A stretch of DNA of 64,000 nucleotides from an uncultured virus (IMG/VR IMGVR_UViG_3300030376_004017) (Duplodnaviria; Heunggongvirae; Uroviricota; Caudoviricetes): the IMG/VR virus record IMGVR_UViG_3300030376_004017. The stretch is one strand, 5' to 3'. This document shows positions 40,457 through 50,721 of the stretch, one piece after another. The translations under genes were made by a program, and so were the position numbers. The notes under the pieces are model-generated. The model worked only from the letters and a program-made list of their open reading frames with translations. It had not been told where the DNA came from and made no database searches. Every line of letters begins with the position of its first letter. Within the stretch, counting starts at the first letter, position 1.

Positions 40457-41528
40457 TGACGACTCGAACACAGAGTCTATTTCCTTCGACGGAGAGCTTA
40501 TCGAAGATGACGAAGGAAACGAAGGAGACGTACAAGAAGATGTACAAGAGGCGGTTGAAGCATCATCAGATGGATTTACTGACGCTGAAGATGATGATGG
40601 AACTGTCAGTGATGGAGGAGGAGATGATGAAGATAATGAAGAAGTGTCAGAAGGAACTGCTGACGAAGACGAAGAGACTTCAGAACTCTCTAAATCGCTT
40701 GGAAAGTTAAACACTCCTAAAGGTCGAGACTACAGCAAGTTTAGCGAAGAAGATGCTAAGTATCTTAAACAAATGTCTAATGATGCGTTTGAGCATTTTA
40801 GTAAACGCGCTGAAGAAAACAAAAATTTACAAGAGTCTTTAGAAAAAACTAAAGAGTCTAGCCAAAGTATTGCAGATCATCCAGAGGCTTACTTGTTAAG
40901 TGATGAATATAAAGAACATTCTACTAACTTAACAAAAGCGCAGCAGGAACAATCTCACTGGAGAGCGCAGCTTATTAAAATACGTAACGGAGAAAACTGG
41001 CAAAACATAGAAGGCTACAATGAGTCTGGTCAATTGATTATCAGTAAGGATGGTTATAAACCTACGCAACAGTCAGAGATTGATGTTGAAATGGCGATGC
41101 AGGAAGCTGCTGGCCTTAGTCGTAAGTTCTCAGATAAGCTTGAAAACGTAAGCACATCATACAGTAAATCATATAAAGATGCTGTACAATTGCTTGATAG
41201 CGAACAAAAAGCTAACTTTGCATGGACAACTGATGAGGATGTAGCAAAGCAAGAACTTGTAATACCTAACATGGGTAACACCACAATTCAGCAGATAAAA
41301 ACTGGATTCTCTAGTGCATTACCTAAGACATTTCAGAAGCATCCTCTTGCTGAACTTGCTTCTAACTTGTTTGTTACGTTACAGTTACAGTCAGCACACG
41401 CAGCATCTGAGAAAGCTGCTGTTAAAGAATCTAAACGCAAGGAACCAAAAGCTAAGCGTAAGTCTAGCGCAGGGGCGACTCCATCTTCTAAAGATGATCT
41501 TACGTTACCTGACTGGATGGACATTTAA
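40398..41528 (+). CDS. Capsid scaffolding protein (putative)
   Basis: Acidic N-terminus, coiled coil, basic C-terminus; precedes the capsid gene. Confidence 0.65.
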   Translation: MQTQLQNTEVEESLAQEMSNDDSNTESISFDGELIEDDEGNEGDVQEDVQEAVEASSDGFTDAEDDDGTVSDGGGDDEDNEEVSEGTADEDEETSELSKSLGKLNTPKGRDYSKFSEEDAKYLKQMSNDAFEHFSKRAEENKNLQESLEKTKESSQSIADHPEAYLLSDEYKEHSTNLTKAQQEQSHWRAQLIKIRNGENWQNIEGYNESGQLIISKDGYKPTQQSEIDVEMAMQEAAGLSRKFSDKLENVSTSYSKSYKDAVQLLDSEQKANFAWTTDEDVAKQELVIPNMGNTTIQQIKTGFSSALPKTFQKHPLAELASNLFVTLQLQSAHAASEKAAVKESKRKEPKAKRKSSAGATPSSKDDLTLPDWMDI

Positions 41529-41541
41529 AAGGCTTGTTATA

Positions 41542-41558
41542 TTGGCATAGTTCTTGCT
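41542..41558 (+). promoter_or_regulatory. sigma54 (-24/-12) promoter for the major capsid gene
   Basis: TTGGCATAGTTCTTGCT, GG-N10-GC; intergenic. Confidence 0.8.
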
Positions 41559-41728
41559 ATACTATAAACGTGCTTCGATATGGGTAAGGGCATACCCCTT
41601 TGTTAGGGAAACTTAACATTGCTGAAATAATGCTTCTATTGGCGAAGGGCATCGCAGCGTAAGGAGGAACGCGCTGAGATGTTCTTCGCTTTTGTTTTTT
41701 AAACACGATAAAATAATTATAAAATATT

Positions 41729-43192
41729 ATGCCTAGTTCAGTAACCGCAGCAACGGTAGCTAATGCCGCTGCTAACGAAGCCAGTCCAACTGGCGGTAAT
41801 TTCAAGAAACTTGATTTTTACCTAGCAAAAAACGAGGTTGCCCTTTATCCGAAGTGGAATGTGTATGATACACTTTTTGGTTCTATTAAATGGCAACCTA
41901 ATATGGGAAATACCCTAACGGGTACAACTCCAACGCCGTCTCCGATACTTCGTACGACCTTCATGCCAGAAGTTCTTACAGCGTATCCGAAGAAAGATCA
42001 GTTCACAGTTGGTGAGCGTACGGAAGACGCTTCTCTCGGTATGCACCGATTTGAGTCTAATCGTTTCCGCTTCCTAAATAACTTTGAAGCTTTCTGGAGA
42101 GATCATTTAAGCTACGCTCAAGCTGACATTGTACGTCAGATTCAGTGCGCTAATAACGTTTTCATCCGTACGCTAATGTACTACCAAGCACCAGATTCTT
42201 ATGTTGCTGGTCAAGGTCTTAGCTCACAAATTGCTCATACATCTACTATGAATAAGCAATCACTGAGCCAAGCTCAGATGCGTTTGATTGAAAACGGTTC
42301 TGATGACATTACTGGTACTGACATTACTGGTAAAGCTATGTCTATCAGTCATGGTACTGGTCAAAATCATCGTAAAGATTGTACTGTCGGTGGTGCTGGG
42401 GATGGTGACGTTCCTGCAGGTGCTTTAACTTTGAAAGAAATTTTCAAAGCTATGCTTGTACTGCAAGAAGATATTCAAGCGCCTACATTTGATCGCGTTT
42501 ACAATGTACCAAAAACTTCTGAAATGGTTAAGGGCAAATACGTTCTTATCTGTTCTACAGAAGCTTGGGCTTCGTTGTTGTGGGATAGCAACTTGCGTAC
42601 TGATAGTACTTCATTAACATCCGCAGGTACTACTCAACTCGCTCCAGCTAACATGAACCTTCTGCAAGATGGTTTTGCTGGTGACTTGTTTGGTAAGGTG
42701 ACTGCTAAGTTTGATCCGTATCCATTACGTTTCGATCATAACGGTGACTTTGTTGTACCGCAAAAGATTGATAGTACAACTGGTAAAATCATTCCAAACC
42801 CATCATACACAGCTATAGGCCTCGGTAGCGGTACTGATGCTAATGATGGTTCCACGAATGATAAAGGTAACGCCTCTTACGAGATTGCGTTCTTGGTAGG
42901 TGCTGATGCGTTTAAGACTCTACAAGTTGGCCCACCGCCAAAAGAGTTTGCGTCTAAAAACATGAGTGCTAAGAAGTTCTATGATATGAAATGGAATGGT
43001 GAGGTTCACCTTACTGACCAATTCTTGATACCAACTGGTAGCGGATCAGCACCATTGTCTGATGCTGCTGGTAGTGAACTTAATACTTATGGTGACTACT
43101 TGAAGTTTATCTCACAGGCTATTATCGGCGGTATCGCTGGTGATGCACGTTACTGTTTGCCTATATACTTTAAGCGTCGTCGTACGTCATAA
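41729..43192 (+). CDS. Major capsid protein (putative)
   Basis: 487 aa after the scaffold, with its own promoter and a strong terminator. Confidence 0.75.
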   Translation: MPSSVTAATVANAAANEASPTGGNFKKLDFYLAKNEVALYPKWNVYDTLFGSIKWQPNMGNTLTGTTPTPSPILRTTFMPEVLTAYPKKDQFTVGERTEDASLGMHRFESNRFRFLNNFEAFWRDHLSYAQADIVRQIQCANNVFIRTLMYYQAPDSYVAGQGLSSQIAHTSTMNKQSLSQAQMRLIENGSDDITGTDITGKAMSISHGTGQNHRKDCTVGGAGDGDVPAGALTLKEIFKAMLVLQEDIQAPTFDRVYNVPKTSEMVKGKYVLICSTEAWASLLWDSNLRTDSTSLTSAGTTQLAPANMNLLQDGFAGDLFGKVTAKFDPYPLRFDHNGDFVVPQKIDSTTGKIIPNPSYTAIGLGSGTDANDGSTNDKGNASYEIAFLVGADAFKTLQVGPPPKEFASKNMSAKKFYDMKWNGEVHLTDQFLIPTGSGSAPLSDAAGSELNTYGDYLKFISQAIIGGIAGDARYCLPIYFKRRRTS

Positions 43193-43207
43193 TTGTGTGT
43201 TGTTGTC

Positions 43208-43247
43208 GTGGAGTAGGGAGTTGTGGTAGCTCTCTACTCCACTTTTT
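43208..43247 (+). terminator. Rho-independent terminator
   Basis: gtggagtagggag...ctctctactccac followed by T5. Confidence 0.85.
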
Positions 43248-43270
43248 AAAATTTTTTATCTATTATATTT

Positions 43271-43621
43271 ATGTCTACAGTTAAATTACCTTTAGGTCTT
43301 ACAGAAAACGGTATAGTTAATACACCTTCTGTACTTACCGTACCCGCAACTGGCTCATCAGTTACTTTGTTAGATGGCCGTTATAGGTATGGTTCAGCGT
43401 TGGTTCAAAACGTTGGCAGTGAAAATATGTATGTCCGTGTTGGAGATACAGCTACTGCAACAGTTTACCATCTTAAACTTTCTCCAATGTCTCAAGCAGA
43501 CTTTAGTGATGTTTCTTATACAACTGTTACAGCATGTGCTGATAGTGGAAAAACTTCAAACGCAGTTGTGTTTAGTGTACAAACAAACGACTCAGTGAGT
43601 CAGGGTGCGACTTCTTATTAA
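43271..43621 (+). CDS. Small beta-rich virion protein
   Basis: ORF between capsid and tail fibre. Confidence 0.6.
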   Translation: MSTVKLPLGLTENGIVNTPSVLTVPATGSSVTLLDGRYRYGSALVQNVGSENMYVRVGDTATATVYHLKLSPMSQADFSDVSYTTVTACADSGKTSNAVVFSVQTNDSVSQGATSY

Positions 43622-43637
43622 AATACAAGGTTAAGTT

Positions 43638-46600
43638 ATGGCAAGAATTATTCAGCAGGGTTCAATTCGTACAACAGGTGTCTCTATCGAGAACGAACCC
43701 ATTATCAAATCTGATGGTGCTGGCGAGATGATGCAATGGCAACCATCTGACGGTGGTGCTGATGGTATCTATATTACAGAAGGTGGTTCTGCTGGAGATC
43801 CAGCACGATTAGGTATCGGCGTTTCGCCTACAGTACCTTTGGATGTATCTGGTAACGTTAAGATTTCATCTATGGATACAAGCGATATGCTTGTTATCAC
43901 TAACGCTGACGGTGGAACAGCAAACGCGCCGGACTTAGTTCTGTATCGTAACTCTCCATCTCCTGCTGATAACGATAAGCTTGGCTTGATTCAATTTCGT
44001 GGCGAAAACAGTGGTGACAGTTTAATTAACTATGCAAATATTGAAGCTGTCGTAACTGACGTAACTGACGGTGAAGAAGATTCTAAATTAGTATTTAAAA
44101 CTTACGTTGCTGGTGCAGAGACAACAGCACTTACACTTGACGGTACTAGCGTAGATTTTGGTGCGGGAGATTTTTCAGTAGGTGGTAACGTTACATTTTC
44201 ATCAAACGACGTTAGCGATCAGTTTGTCATTACGAACGCAGACGCTAGTTCAAGTTCTGCACCCGATCTTGTTCTTTATCGTAACTCAGCTTCACCAGCC
44301 GATTCTGACAATCTTGGGTTAATTCAATTTAGAGGTGAGAACAGTGCTGATGAAGCTATTAACTACGGTTCAATTTTAGCTAATGTTACTGATGTAACAG
44401 ATGGGACTGAAGATTCTAAGCTAACATTTTACACTTACGCCGCTGGATCAGAAACAGCAACGCTTTCGCTTGAGAGTGGTAATGTTACTGCAAGCGGCAA
44501 CGTAATGATCGGAAGCGGAACTGCTGGTAGATTGTTAGAATTATCTAATGCAACTAATCCAGCACTTCGGTTAAACAACAGCAATTCAAATGCAGACATT
44601 GGAATCGCTTCATCTGCTGGCGCATTATTAACAGGCGCGGCTGATGATGATTTAGTTATAGCTAGGAACGGTGCATACGGCATCGCGATTGGAACGAATG
44701 GTCAAACGCGGATGGCGATTTCATCAGCGGGACAAGTTCACGTTCAACAAGCGGGGTCTGATCAGTCAGGTGCAGGTGCATTAAAAGTTACTGGAACAGC
44801 TTACGGAACCAACAAAGCGATTCACGCTTATATGGATTCAACGTCTGCGACAAAGAGTTTACTTTACGCTGAGAACGGTAGTGGTGCTGTGTTTAATGTA
44901 ACTGCTGATGGCGCAGTAGCAATGTCAAGCGGATCATTAACACTTGGTTCACTAGACATCGGACACGGTGCTGGCGCACACACAACTAACACAGCAATTG
45001 GACAAGACGCTTTAGACGCAAGCACTTCTGGGTCTGCAAATAATACAGCATTAGGTAACAATAGTTTAACATCATTAAACCACGACGATGCAGATGATAA
45101 CACTTCTGTGGGAAGTTTTTCTTTAGGAACGTTAACAAATGCACAACGAAACACTGCGGTGGGAAGATCTTCACTTGGTGCAGTTACAACTGGTAACTAC
45201 AACGTAGCGGTTGGTGCTTATGCAGGTGATTTAATTCAAGCAAACTCTGAGAATACTGCGGTAGGTGATTTTGCACTTGGCACAAATGCGGGTAGTAGAA
45301 ACACAGCAATAGGTCGTGCAGCAATGGGGATTGTTCCCGGCGGTGCAACAACAACAAGTTCAGATGATAACGTAGCTGTTGGACACGATGCGCTGTATAC
45401 ATTTTACGGATCAGACGCGGTAGCCGTTGGTTCTGGTGCAGCGGATGCTGCAATTAGCCAAACAAATTTAACTGCTATTGGCGCAGGTGCTTTAGGTGCA
45501 GCGACATCTGGCAACAACTGCACAGCGGTTGGAAAGAATGCTTTAGGAACAACAGTTGATGGTGCAGCTAACACAGCAGTTGGAGTTGGTGCGTTAGCCG
45601 CAGATTGTGGTGATGATAATACAGCAGTCGGTCAAGGTGCGCTGGATGTTTTCACAGGATCAAACGCAACTGCCGTAGGTAGTGGTGCGGCAGATGCTTT
45701 AACAACGGGTGTATTTAACACTGCGGTAGGCAAAAACGCATTAGGCGCAACTGATGACGGTGGTTACAACACGGCAATTGGAAATGCGGCGTTATCCGCA
45801 AATTGTGCTGACAATAACGTAGCAGTTGGACACGCAGCACTTAACTCTTTTACTGGGTCAGACGCAACTGCGGTTGGAGTGGGCGCAGCAGATGCTGCAA
45901 CTACCGCAGGAAACTTAACTGCCATAGGTAATAACGCAGCAGGATCGGTAACAGATAGTGATGACCATACTGCCGTGGGTGACAACGCATTAGCGAGTTG
46001 CACAACTGGCGCGCAGAACACAGCACTTGGATCAAACGCAGCTTTTGCTTTAACAGGTAGTAGCAATGTAATGCTGGGGATGAACTCAGGTTACTACGCT
46101 ACCACTGCTGACGACTGTGTTGCTATTGGTCGTAACGCTTTGCTTGGTGCTAGTGGAAACACTACTGGTAACAAAAACGTAGCTATCGGTTCATACGCTT
46201 TAGATGCAGCTACAACAGCACACGACACAGTTGCTGTTGGATATAATGCTGGGACATCAAACCTGACAGGTCAAGATAATGTCTTTATTGGAAGAGATGC
46301 TGGAGTTTTTATAACTGGTAGTGCAAATACAATAATTGGAAAAGATGCTGCTAGGTATGCCAGTAGCGTAGACGATTGTATAGCTATAGGCACAAACGCA
46401 TTATACGGTGTTAGTGCTAATACAACAGGTAATCATAATGTTGCTATTGGAAACTATTCACTAGATGCAGTAACAACAGCAACTAACAACATTGCAATTG
46501 GCTACAATTCAGGTAGTGCAATAACTTCAGGTGCGTCTAATGTTTCAATTGGATTTCACTCATTAAGACTAGAAGACGCAGGATCGGGTAACGTAGCTAT

Positions 46601-49370
46601 CGGTCACTACGCGTTAGAAGAGCAAAATGATGACGCTGGACAAAACACTGCTGTGGGTTATCAAGCAGGATTAAATCTAACGACCGGATCTGATAACGCT
46701 TTCTTTGGTTATAATGCTGCTGGTTTAGGGGTTGCCACAGGAGATAACAATTGTGTTTTCGGTTACAGTGCAGGTTATGATCTAACAAGTGGACATTCTA
46801 ATGTGTTGATGGGTTACAGAGCGGGTCAAAATTTTACCGATAATGACTCCAATGTGGTGATCGGCAGTAGCGCAATGGAAACTGCTAATAGTGATGAGAA
46901 TTACAATATAGCAATTGGTGATTCTGCGTTGCAATCTTTGGACGGTAGTAGTTCAGATGGTAACGTAGCAATTGGTCACACAGCATTACAAACATTAGCG
47001 GTAGCTGGGCCAGCAATGACTGTAATTGGTTACGAAGCAGGTAAAAACGCACCGACACCAAACAACTCTGTTTATATTGGTTATCAAGCTGTTGGAACTG
47101 GTGCTGCTACTGGAAATGATAACGTAGTAATTGGTTATGGTTCTGGTAGGGACTTAACTTCTGGATCTTCTAACATATTTTTAGGTAAAGACTCAGGAGA
47201 AAACGTTACCACAGGAAGTTACAACATCGCGGTTGGTGTTAACGCAATGGAAGCAGCGCAAGCAGGGGTAACTGGTAACATAGCTATCGGACATCAAACG
47301 CTGATGACTGAAAACAGCAGTGCAGATCATTGTATTGCTATCGGGTTTGAAGCGTTAAAACTTCAAAACGCAGATGTCATTAATATGGCAATTGGCAGTT
47401 ATGCCGGTGATGCAATTACTACTGGAACTCAGAATACATTTATAGGACACGGTGCTGGCGGTGCAAACCAAACAGCCGACGACAATACGGCAGTTGGACA
47501 TTTAGCATTAAATGATGTCACTGGAACCGACAACACTGCCGTTGGTTCACAAGCTTTAACTAATCTTGTTGGCGGCACTTACAACACAGCGTTAGGTCGT
47601 TACGCATTAGCAAGTGCTGACGGTAATGAAGCTTACAATACTGCACTTGGTAGAACTGCATTATATTCAATAAACAATAACTCAGCAGCACACAATATAG
47701 GTATTGGTTATGAAGCTGGTCGTTTTTACGAAACAACAGCATCAGCTACACCGGGTTCTGGAACACCTGACGGAGATAATACTTCTAGTATTAATTCTAT
47801 TTTTATTGGCAGTGACACACGTTCTGCAAGTGCTGGTGATACCAACTCAATTGTAATTGGTTACACCGCAGTATCAAACGGTGACAACACAATAACACTT
47901 GGTAACGATGATACTGGTGCAATTCATTGTGCTGATACTTCTATCGCAGCACTTTCAGATCGTCGCATTAAGCGAGATGTAAAAGATGCTGAGAATGTTG
48001 GTCTAGCATTTGTTGAGAAACTAAATGCAATTGAATACAAAAAACTTAACCCAGCCGATTGGCCGGAAGAGATTCGCAGTCACCGTTATCGCGTAGAAGA
48101 ACATCAAGAACTCGTAACACCTGCTGTTAAAGCTGAACCAGAAGTTTGGGAAGAAGCACAAGAAGAAGTTACTGAAGTTATAGAACATCCAGCGACTGAA
48201 GCAGTCACTAGAACTGTTGTTCATCCAGCACTTGAAGAGATTGTTGAAACTACAGTTATTCCAGCAGTCGAAGAACAAGTTGAAACAATTACTTATCCTG
48301 CGATTGAGGAAGTTACTGAGACAATCACACATCCTGCAATTGAAGCGGTTTATGAAGATGTAGTAATTCCAGCGGTTGCTGAAGAGACTGAAGAACGTGT
48401 AACGCAAGAAGCACAAGAAGAGATTATTGGTCAGCGTCAGAAGTATGATGAAGTTGACGTTACTGAAGATGTTACTCGCACAGAGATCGTTGAAGAAGAC
48501 GGCAAGTGGATTCGCAAAGAAATCACTGAATCAGTAACTCGCACAGAACGCACACCAGTTTATGAAGACTGCAACTTGTATCACGAAGATGGTTCACTTT
48601 GCACTGTATGTGTGACTCCAGCAGTTGAAGCAAAAGAAGCTGTTACGGAAGAACAGCAAGTGCTTGATGAAAATGGTGACGGTGTTCTAAACGAAGACGG
48701 CACTCCACAGATGGAGACAGTTGTTATTGAAGAAGCTGTTGAAGCTGTTGCTGAAGTTCGTGCGCCAGAGATTCACCGTGTTCCAGTAATGGAAGACTAT
48801 GTTCAACAAGAAGCTAAAGAAGAAATTGTTGAAACATTTGTTATTACTCCAGCAGAACCAGAACGCACTGAGCGCAGACTAATTACATCTGCACAAGAAG
48901 AGCGCACAGAAGTTCGTGTGGTAACACCAGCGCAAGCTGAACGAACTGAAACACGGGTAGTTGTTGAAGCTTCACCAGAGCGCACCGAAACAAGAGTTGT
49001 TCAAGAAGCACAAGCTGAACGCACTGAAATAGTTGTTCTTAAAAAAGCACAAGATGCTTGGACTGAAACTAAAGTGATAACTCCAGCGAGAGAACGCACA
49101 TTAGTTAGTCCAGCGGTTGAAGCTAAAGAAGCAGTTTATGAAACTGTAACTGTTCCAGCCGACGAACGTCCTGAAGACAATGACACCAACTATGTCGGAC
49201 TGATCGCACAAGATGTGCAGACAGCTATGACAGAAGCTGGTGTTGACTTTGATCTGGTTACTGAAGGTGCGAACGGGAAGTTGGCGGTTAAGTATTCTAA
49301 CCTTGTCATTCCACTGCTTAAAGCAGTACAAGAGCTAAGTGCGGAAGTAAAAGCTCTAAAGAATGGATAA
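43638..49370 (+). CDS. Tail fibre (1910 aa) with NxAxG repeats and S74 chaperone; probably chimeric at 46081-46170
   Basis: Duplicated N-terminal beta module (APDLVLYRNS x2), repeat stalk, SDRRIKRDV. Confidence 0.88.
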   Translation: MARIIQQGSIRTTGVSIENEPIIKSDGAGEMMQWQPSDGGADGIYITEGGSAGDPARLGIGVSPTVPLDVSGNVKISSMDTSDMLVITNADGGTANAPDLVLYRNSPSPADNDKLGLIQFRGENSGDSLINYANIEAVVTDVTDGEEDSKLVFKTYVAGAETTALTLDGTSVDFGAGDFSVGGNVTFSSNDVSDQFVITNADASSSSAPDLVLYRNSASPADSDNLGLIQFRGENSADEAINYGSILANVTDVTDGTEDSKLTFYTYAAGSETATLSLESGNVTASGNVMIGSGTAGRLLELSNATNPALRLNNSNSNADIGIASSAGALLTGAADDDLVIARNGAYGIAIGTNGQTRMAISSAGQVHVQQAGSDQSGAGALKVTGTAYGTNKAIHAYMDSTSATKSLLYAENGSGAVFNVTADGAVAMSSGSLTLGSLDIGHGAGAHTTNTAIGQDALDASTSGSANNTALGNNSLTSLNHDDADDNTSVGSFSLGTLTNAQRNTAVGRSSLGAVTTGNYNVAVGAYAGDLIQANSENTAVGDFALGTNAGSRNTAIGRAAMGIVPGGATTTSSDDNVAVGHDALYTFYGSDAVAVGSGAADAAISQTNLTAIGAGALGAATSGNNCTAVGKNALGTTVDGAANTAVGVGALAADCGDDNTAVGQGALDVFTGSNATAVGSGAADALTTGVFNTAVGKNALGATDDGGYNTAIGNAALSANCADNNVAVGHAALNSFTGSDATAVGVGAADAATTAGNLTAIGNNAAGSVTDSDDHTAVGDNALASCTTGAQNTALGSNAAFALTGSSNVMLGMNSGYYATTADDCVAIGRNALLGASGNTTGNKNVAIGSYALDAATTAHDTVAVGYNAGTSNLTGQDNVFIGRDAGVFITGSANTIIGKDAARYASSVDDCIAIGTNALYGVSANTTGNHNVAIGNYSLDAVTTATNNIAIGYNSGSAITSGASNVSIGFHSLRLEDAGSGNVAIGHYALEEQNDDAGQNTAVGYQAGLNLTTGSDNAFFGYNAAGLGVATGDNNCVFGYSAGYDLTSGHSNVLMGYRAGQNFTDNDSNVVIGSSAMETANSDENYNIAIGDSALQSLDGSSSDGNVAIGHTALQTLAVAGPAMTVIGYEAGKNAPTPNNSVYIGYQAVGTGAATGNDNVVIGYGSGRDLTSGSSNIFLGKDSGENVTTGSYNIAVGVNAMEAAQAGVTGNIAIGHQTLMTENSSADHCIAIGFEALKLQNADVINMAIGSYAGDAITTGTQNTFIGHGAGGANQTADDNTAVGHLALNDVTGTDNTAVGSQALTNLVGGTYNTALGRYALASADGNEAYNTALGRTALYSINNNSAAHNIGIGYEAGRFYETTASATPGSGTPDGDNTSSINSIFIGSDTRSASAGDTNSIVIGYTAVSNGDNTITLGNDDTGAIHCADTSIAALSDRRIKRDVKDAENVGLAFVEKLNAIEYKKLNPADWPEEIRSHRYRVEEHQELVTPAVKAEPEVWEEAQEEVTEVIEHPATEAVTRTVVHPALEEIVETTVIPAVEEQVETITYPAIEEVTETITHPAIEAVYEDVVIPAVAEETEERVTQEAQEEIIGQRQKYDEVDVTEDVTRTEIVEEDGKWIRKEITESVTRTERTPVYEDCNLYHEDGSLCTVCVTPAVEAKEAVTEEQQVLDENGDGVLNEDGTPQMETVVIEEAVEAVAEVRAPEIHRVPVMEDYVQQEAKEEIVETFVITPAEPERTERRLITSAQEERTEVRVVTPAQAERTETRVVVEASPERTETRVVQEAQAERTEIVVLKKAQDAWTETKVITPARERTLVSPAVEAKEAVYETVTVPADERPEDNDTNYVGLIAQDVQTAMTEAGVDFDLVTEGANGKLAVKYSNLVIPLLKAVQELSAEVKALKNG
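46081..46170 (+). repeat. 90-bp exact direct repeat, copy 2
   Basis: Identical to bases 1-90. Confidence 0.95.
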
Positions 49371-49743
49371 GGTAACAGACGTATTTGATTCGCTATATTC
49401 AGCTGTAGTACAAGCTCAAAAAGAAGTTGAAGGAAAGTACATTGAGAATATTAACAAAAGTTATTTTGAAGATGGAAAGCCCAAGACCGTCACAGTTGAA
49501 TTGGGGGGAAAGCCCATTGAAATTCCTCTCTTTTCACTTGTACCGCACAACGCGCTCAAGATTGCAGAGTGCGAAATAGATTTTGAAATAGATTTGAATT
49601 TTAACAAAGAAGCTAAAGGGTGTCTCAGTAAATTACGCAGAAACAAGATGGCTAATGTTAGAATAAAATTTGCTGGTTGTGATCAAGCTGAAGGGCTTGC
49701 GAGAATCGGTGATGGTTTAGTAAAACAAATACCTACAATATAA
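49363..49743 (+). CDS. DUF2589-family protein (short), second copy
   Basis: Near-identical to 3460-3840. Confidence 0.7.
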   Translation: MDKVTDVFDSLYSAVVQAQKEVEGKYIENINKSYFEDGKPKTVTVELGGKPIEIPLFSLVPHNALKIAECEIDFEIDLNFNKEAKGCLSKLRRNKMANVRIKFAGCDQAEGLARIGDGLVKQIPTI

Positions 49744-49747
49744 TAAA

Positions 49748-50285
49748 ATGGCAGGAGCAGATGATGCACAATTAAAGGCTCGATTTCGTATCGTCAATCG
49801 GCTTCGAGCCGGATCCAGATGACCCGAAAAAAACGAGAACCCGCACCGTTGACGTAGAAGTTGAACGCCTTATTAAAGGACGTACTACACCGCAGAAGCA
49901 AATGGTCAAGATGCCATTACTTTCTATGGTCACGATACCCAACCTATCTATATCAGATGTTAAAATACATTTTGATATGGAGGTTAAAAGCCATTCGGAA
50001 CACAAAGATTCACACGACGACAAGCAGGAAAATCATTCAGAAACTGAAGGTCACGCTGAAGTTAGCGGCCATTTTTGGGGGGTTGGGGTTACAGCTGGAG
50101 GCAGTCACTCATCATCTCACACTGGAACAGTTACATCACACTCTGAAAATACCCGCTCGACAGATTTTTCAGCTCGTTATTCAATAGATGTTGAAGCCAC
50201 TCAAAACCCGCCAGCTGAAGGTTTGGCGCGATTTACACAGATGCTAGCATCTACGCTTGAGCCAGTTGACACCCAAGCAAAATAA
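49748..50285 (+). pseudogene. DUF2589 long gene with an 86-bp frameshifting deletion
   Basis: Lacks the bases equivalent to 3876-3961 of copy 1 (538 vs 624 nt). Confidence 0.75.
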
Positions 50286-50288
50286 TTT

Positions 50289-50549
50289 ATGGCCTCAGAA
50301 CAAGAGACAAAACAACAGGAAACCATTTTAATTAATGGGGAAGAACACAATATTAGCGATCTAACACCGCAACAGACCGCTTTTATTACACATATAACTG
50401 ATCTTGATGCAAAAGCGCGTCAGGTTAATTATAACTTAGAGCAAACTTTAGCTGCTCGCGCTCATTTTATGTCGTTATTAAATGCGTCAATAGAAGAAAA
50501 GCCCGCAGCTGAAGCTGAAAAGCCAGCTGAAGAGGAGTCTTCCAGCTGA
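50289..50549 (+). CDS. Small tail-fibre-associated protein
   Basis: Homologue of 4472-4705. Confidence 0.6.
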   Translation: MASEQETKQQETILINGEEHNISDLTPQQTAFITHITDLDAKARQVNYNLEQTLAARAHFMSLLNASIEEKPAAEAEKPAEEESSS

Positions 50550-50559
50550 GAAAAATAAA

Positions 50560-50721
50560 ATGTTTAACTTAGACGATATAAAAGTGGGATTAGCTACAGC
50601 AGCTGGTATAACTAACTGGATGGCAAATATAGATTTGATCCTTCAGATAGCCATATCTGTAGCTAGTCTCGTTTATATTGTTCTTAAAGTAAAAGAACAG
50701 CTAAAAAAGAATGGCAGCTAA
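50560..50721 (+). CDS. Small membrane protein, putative holin/antiholin
   Basis: Homologue of 4702-4863 (LDDIKV...NWM..ID...ASL.YIVLK). Confidence 0.6.
   Translation: MFNLDDIKVGLATAAGITNWMANIDLILQIAISVASLVYIVLKVKEQLKKNGS

Larger units (their letters stand above)
1..46170. mobile_element. Phage A: apparently complete, circularly permuted podovirus-like genome (~46.08 kb)
   Basis: Full set of packaging, head, tail, lysis and replication genes; bases 1-90 = 46081-46170, in frame within the tail-fibre gene; no integrase seen. Confidence 0.85.
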
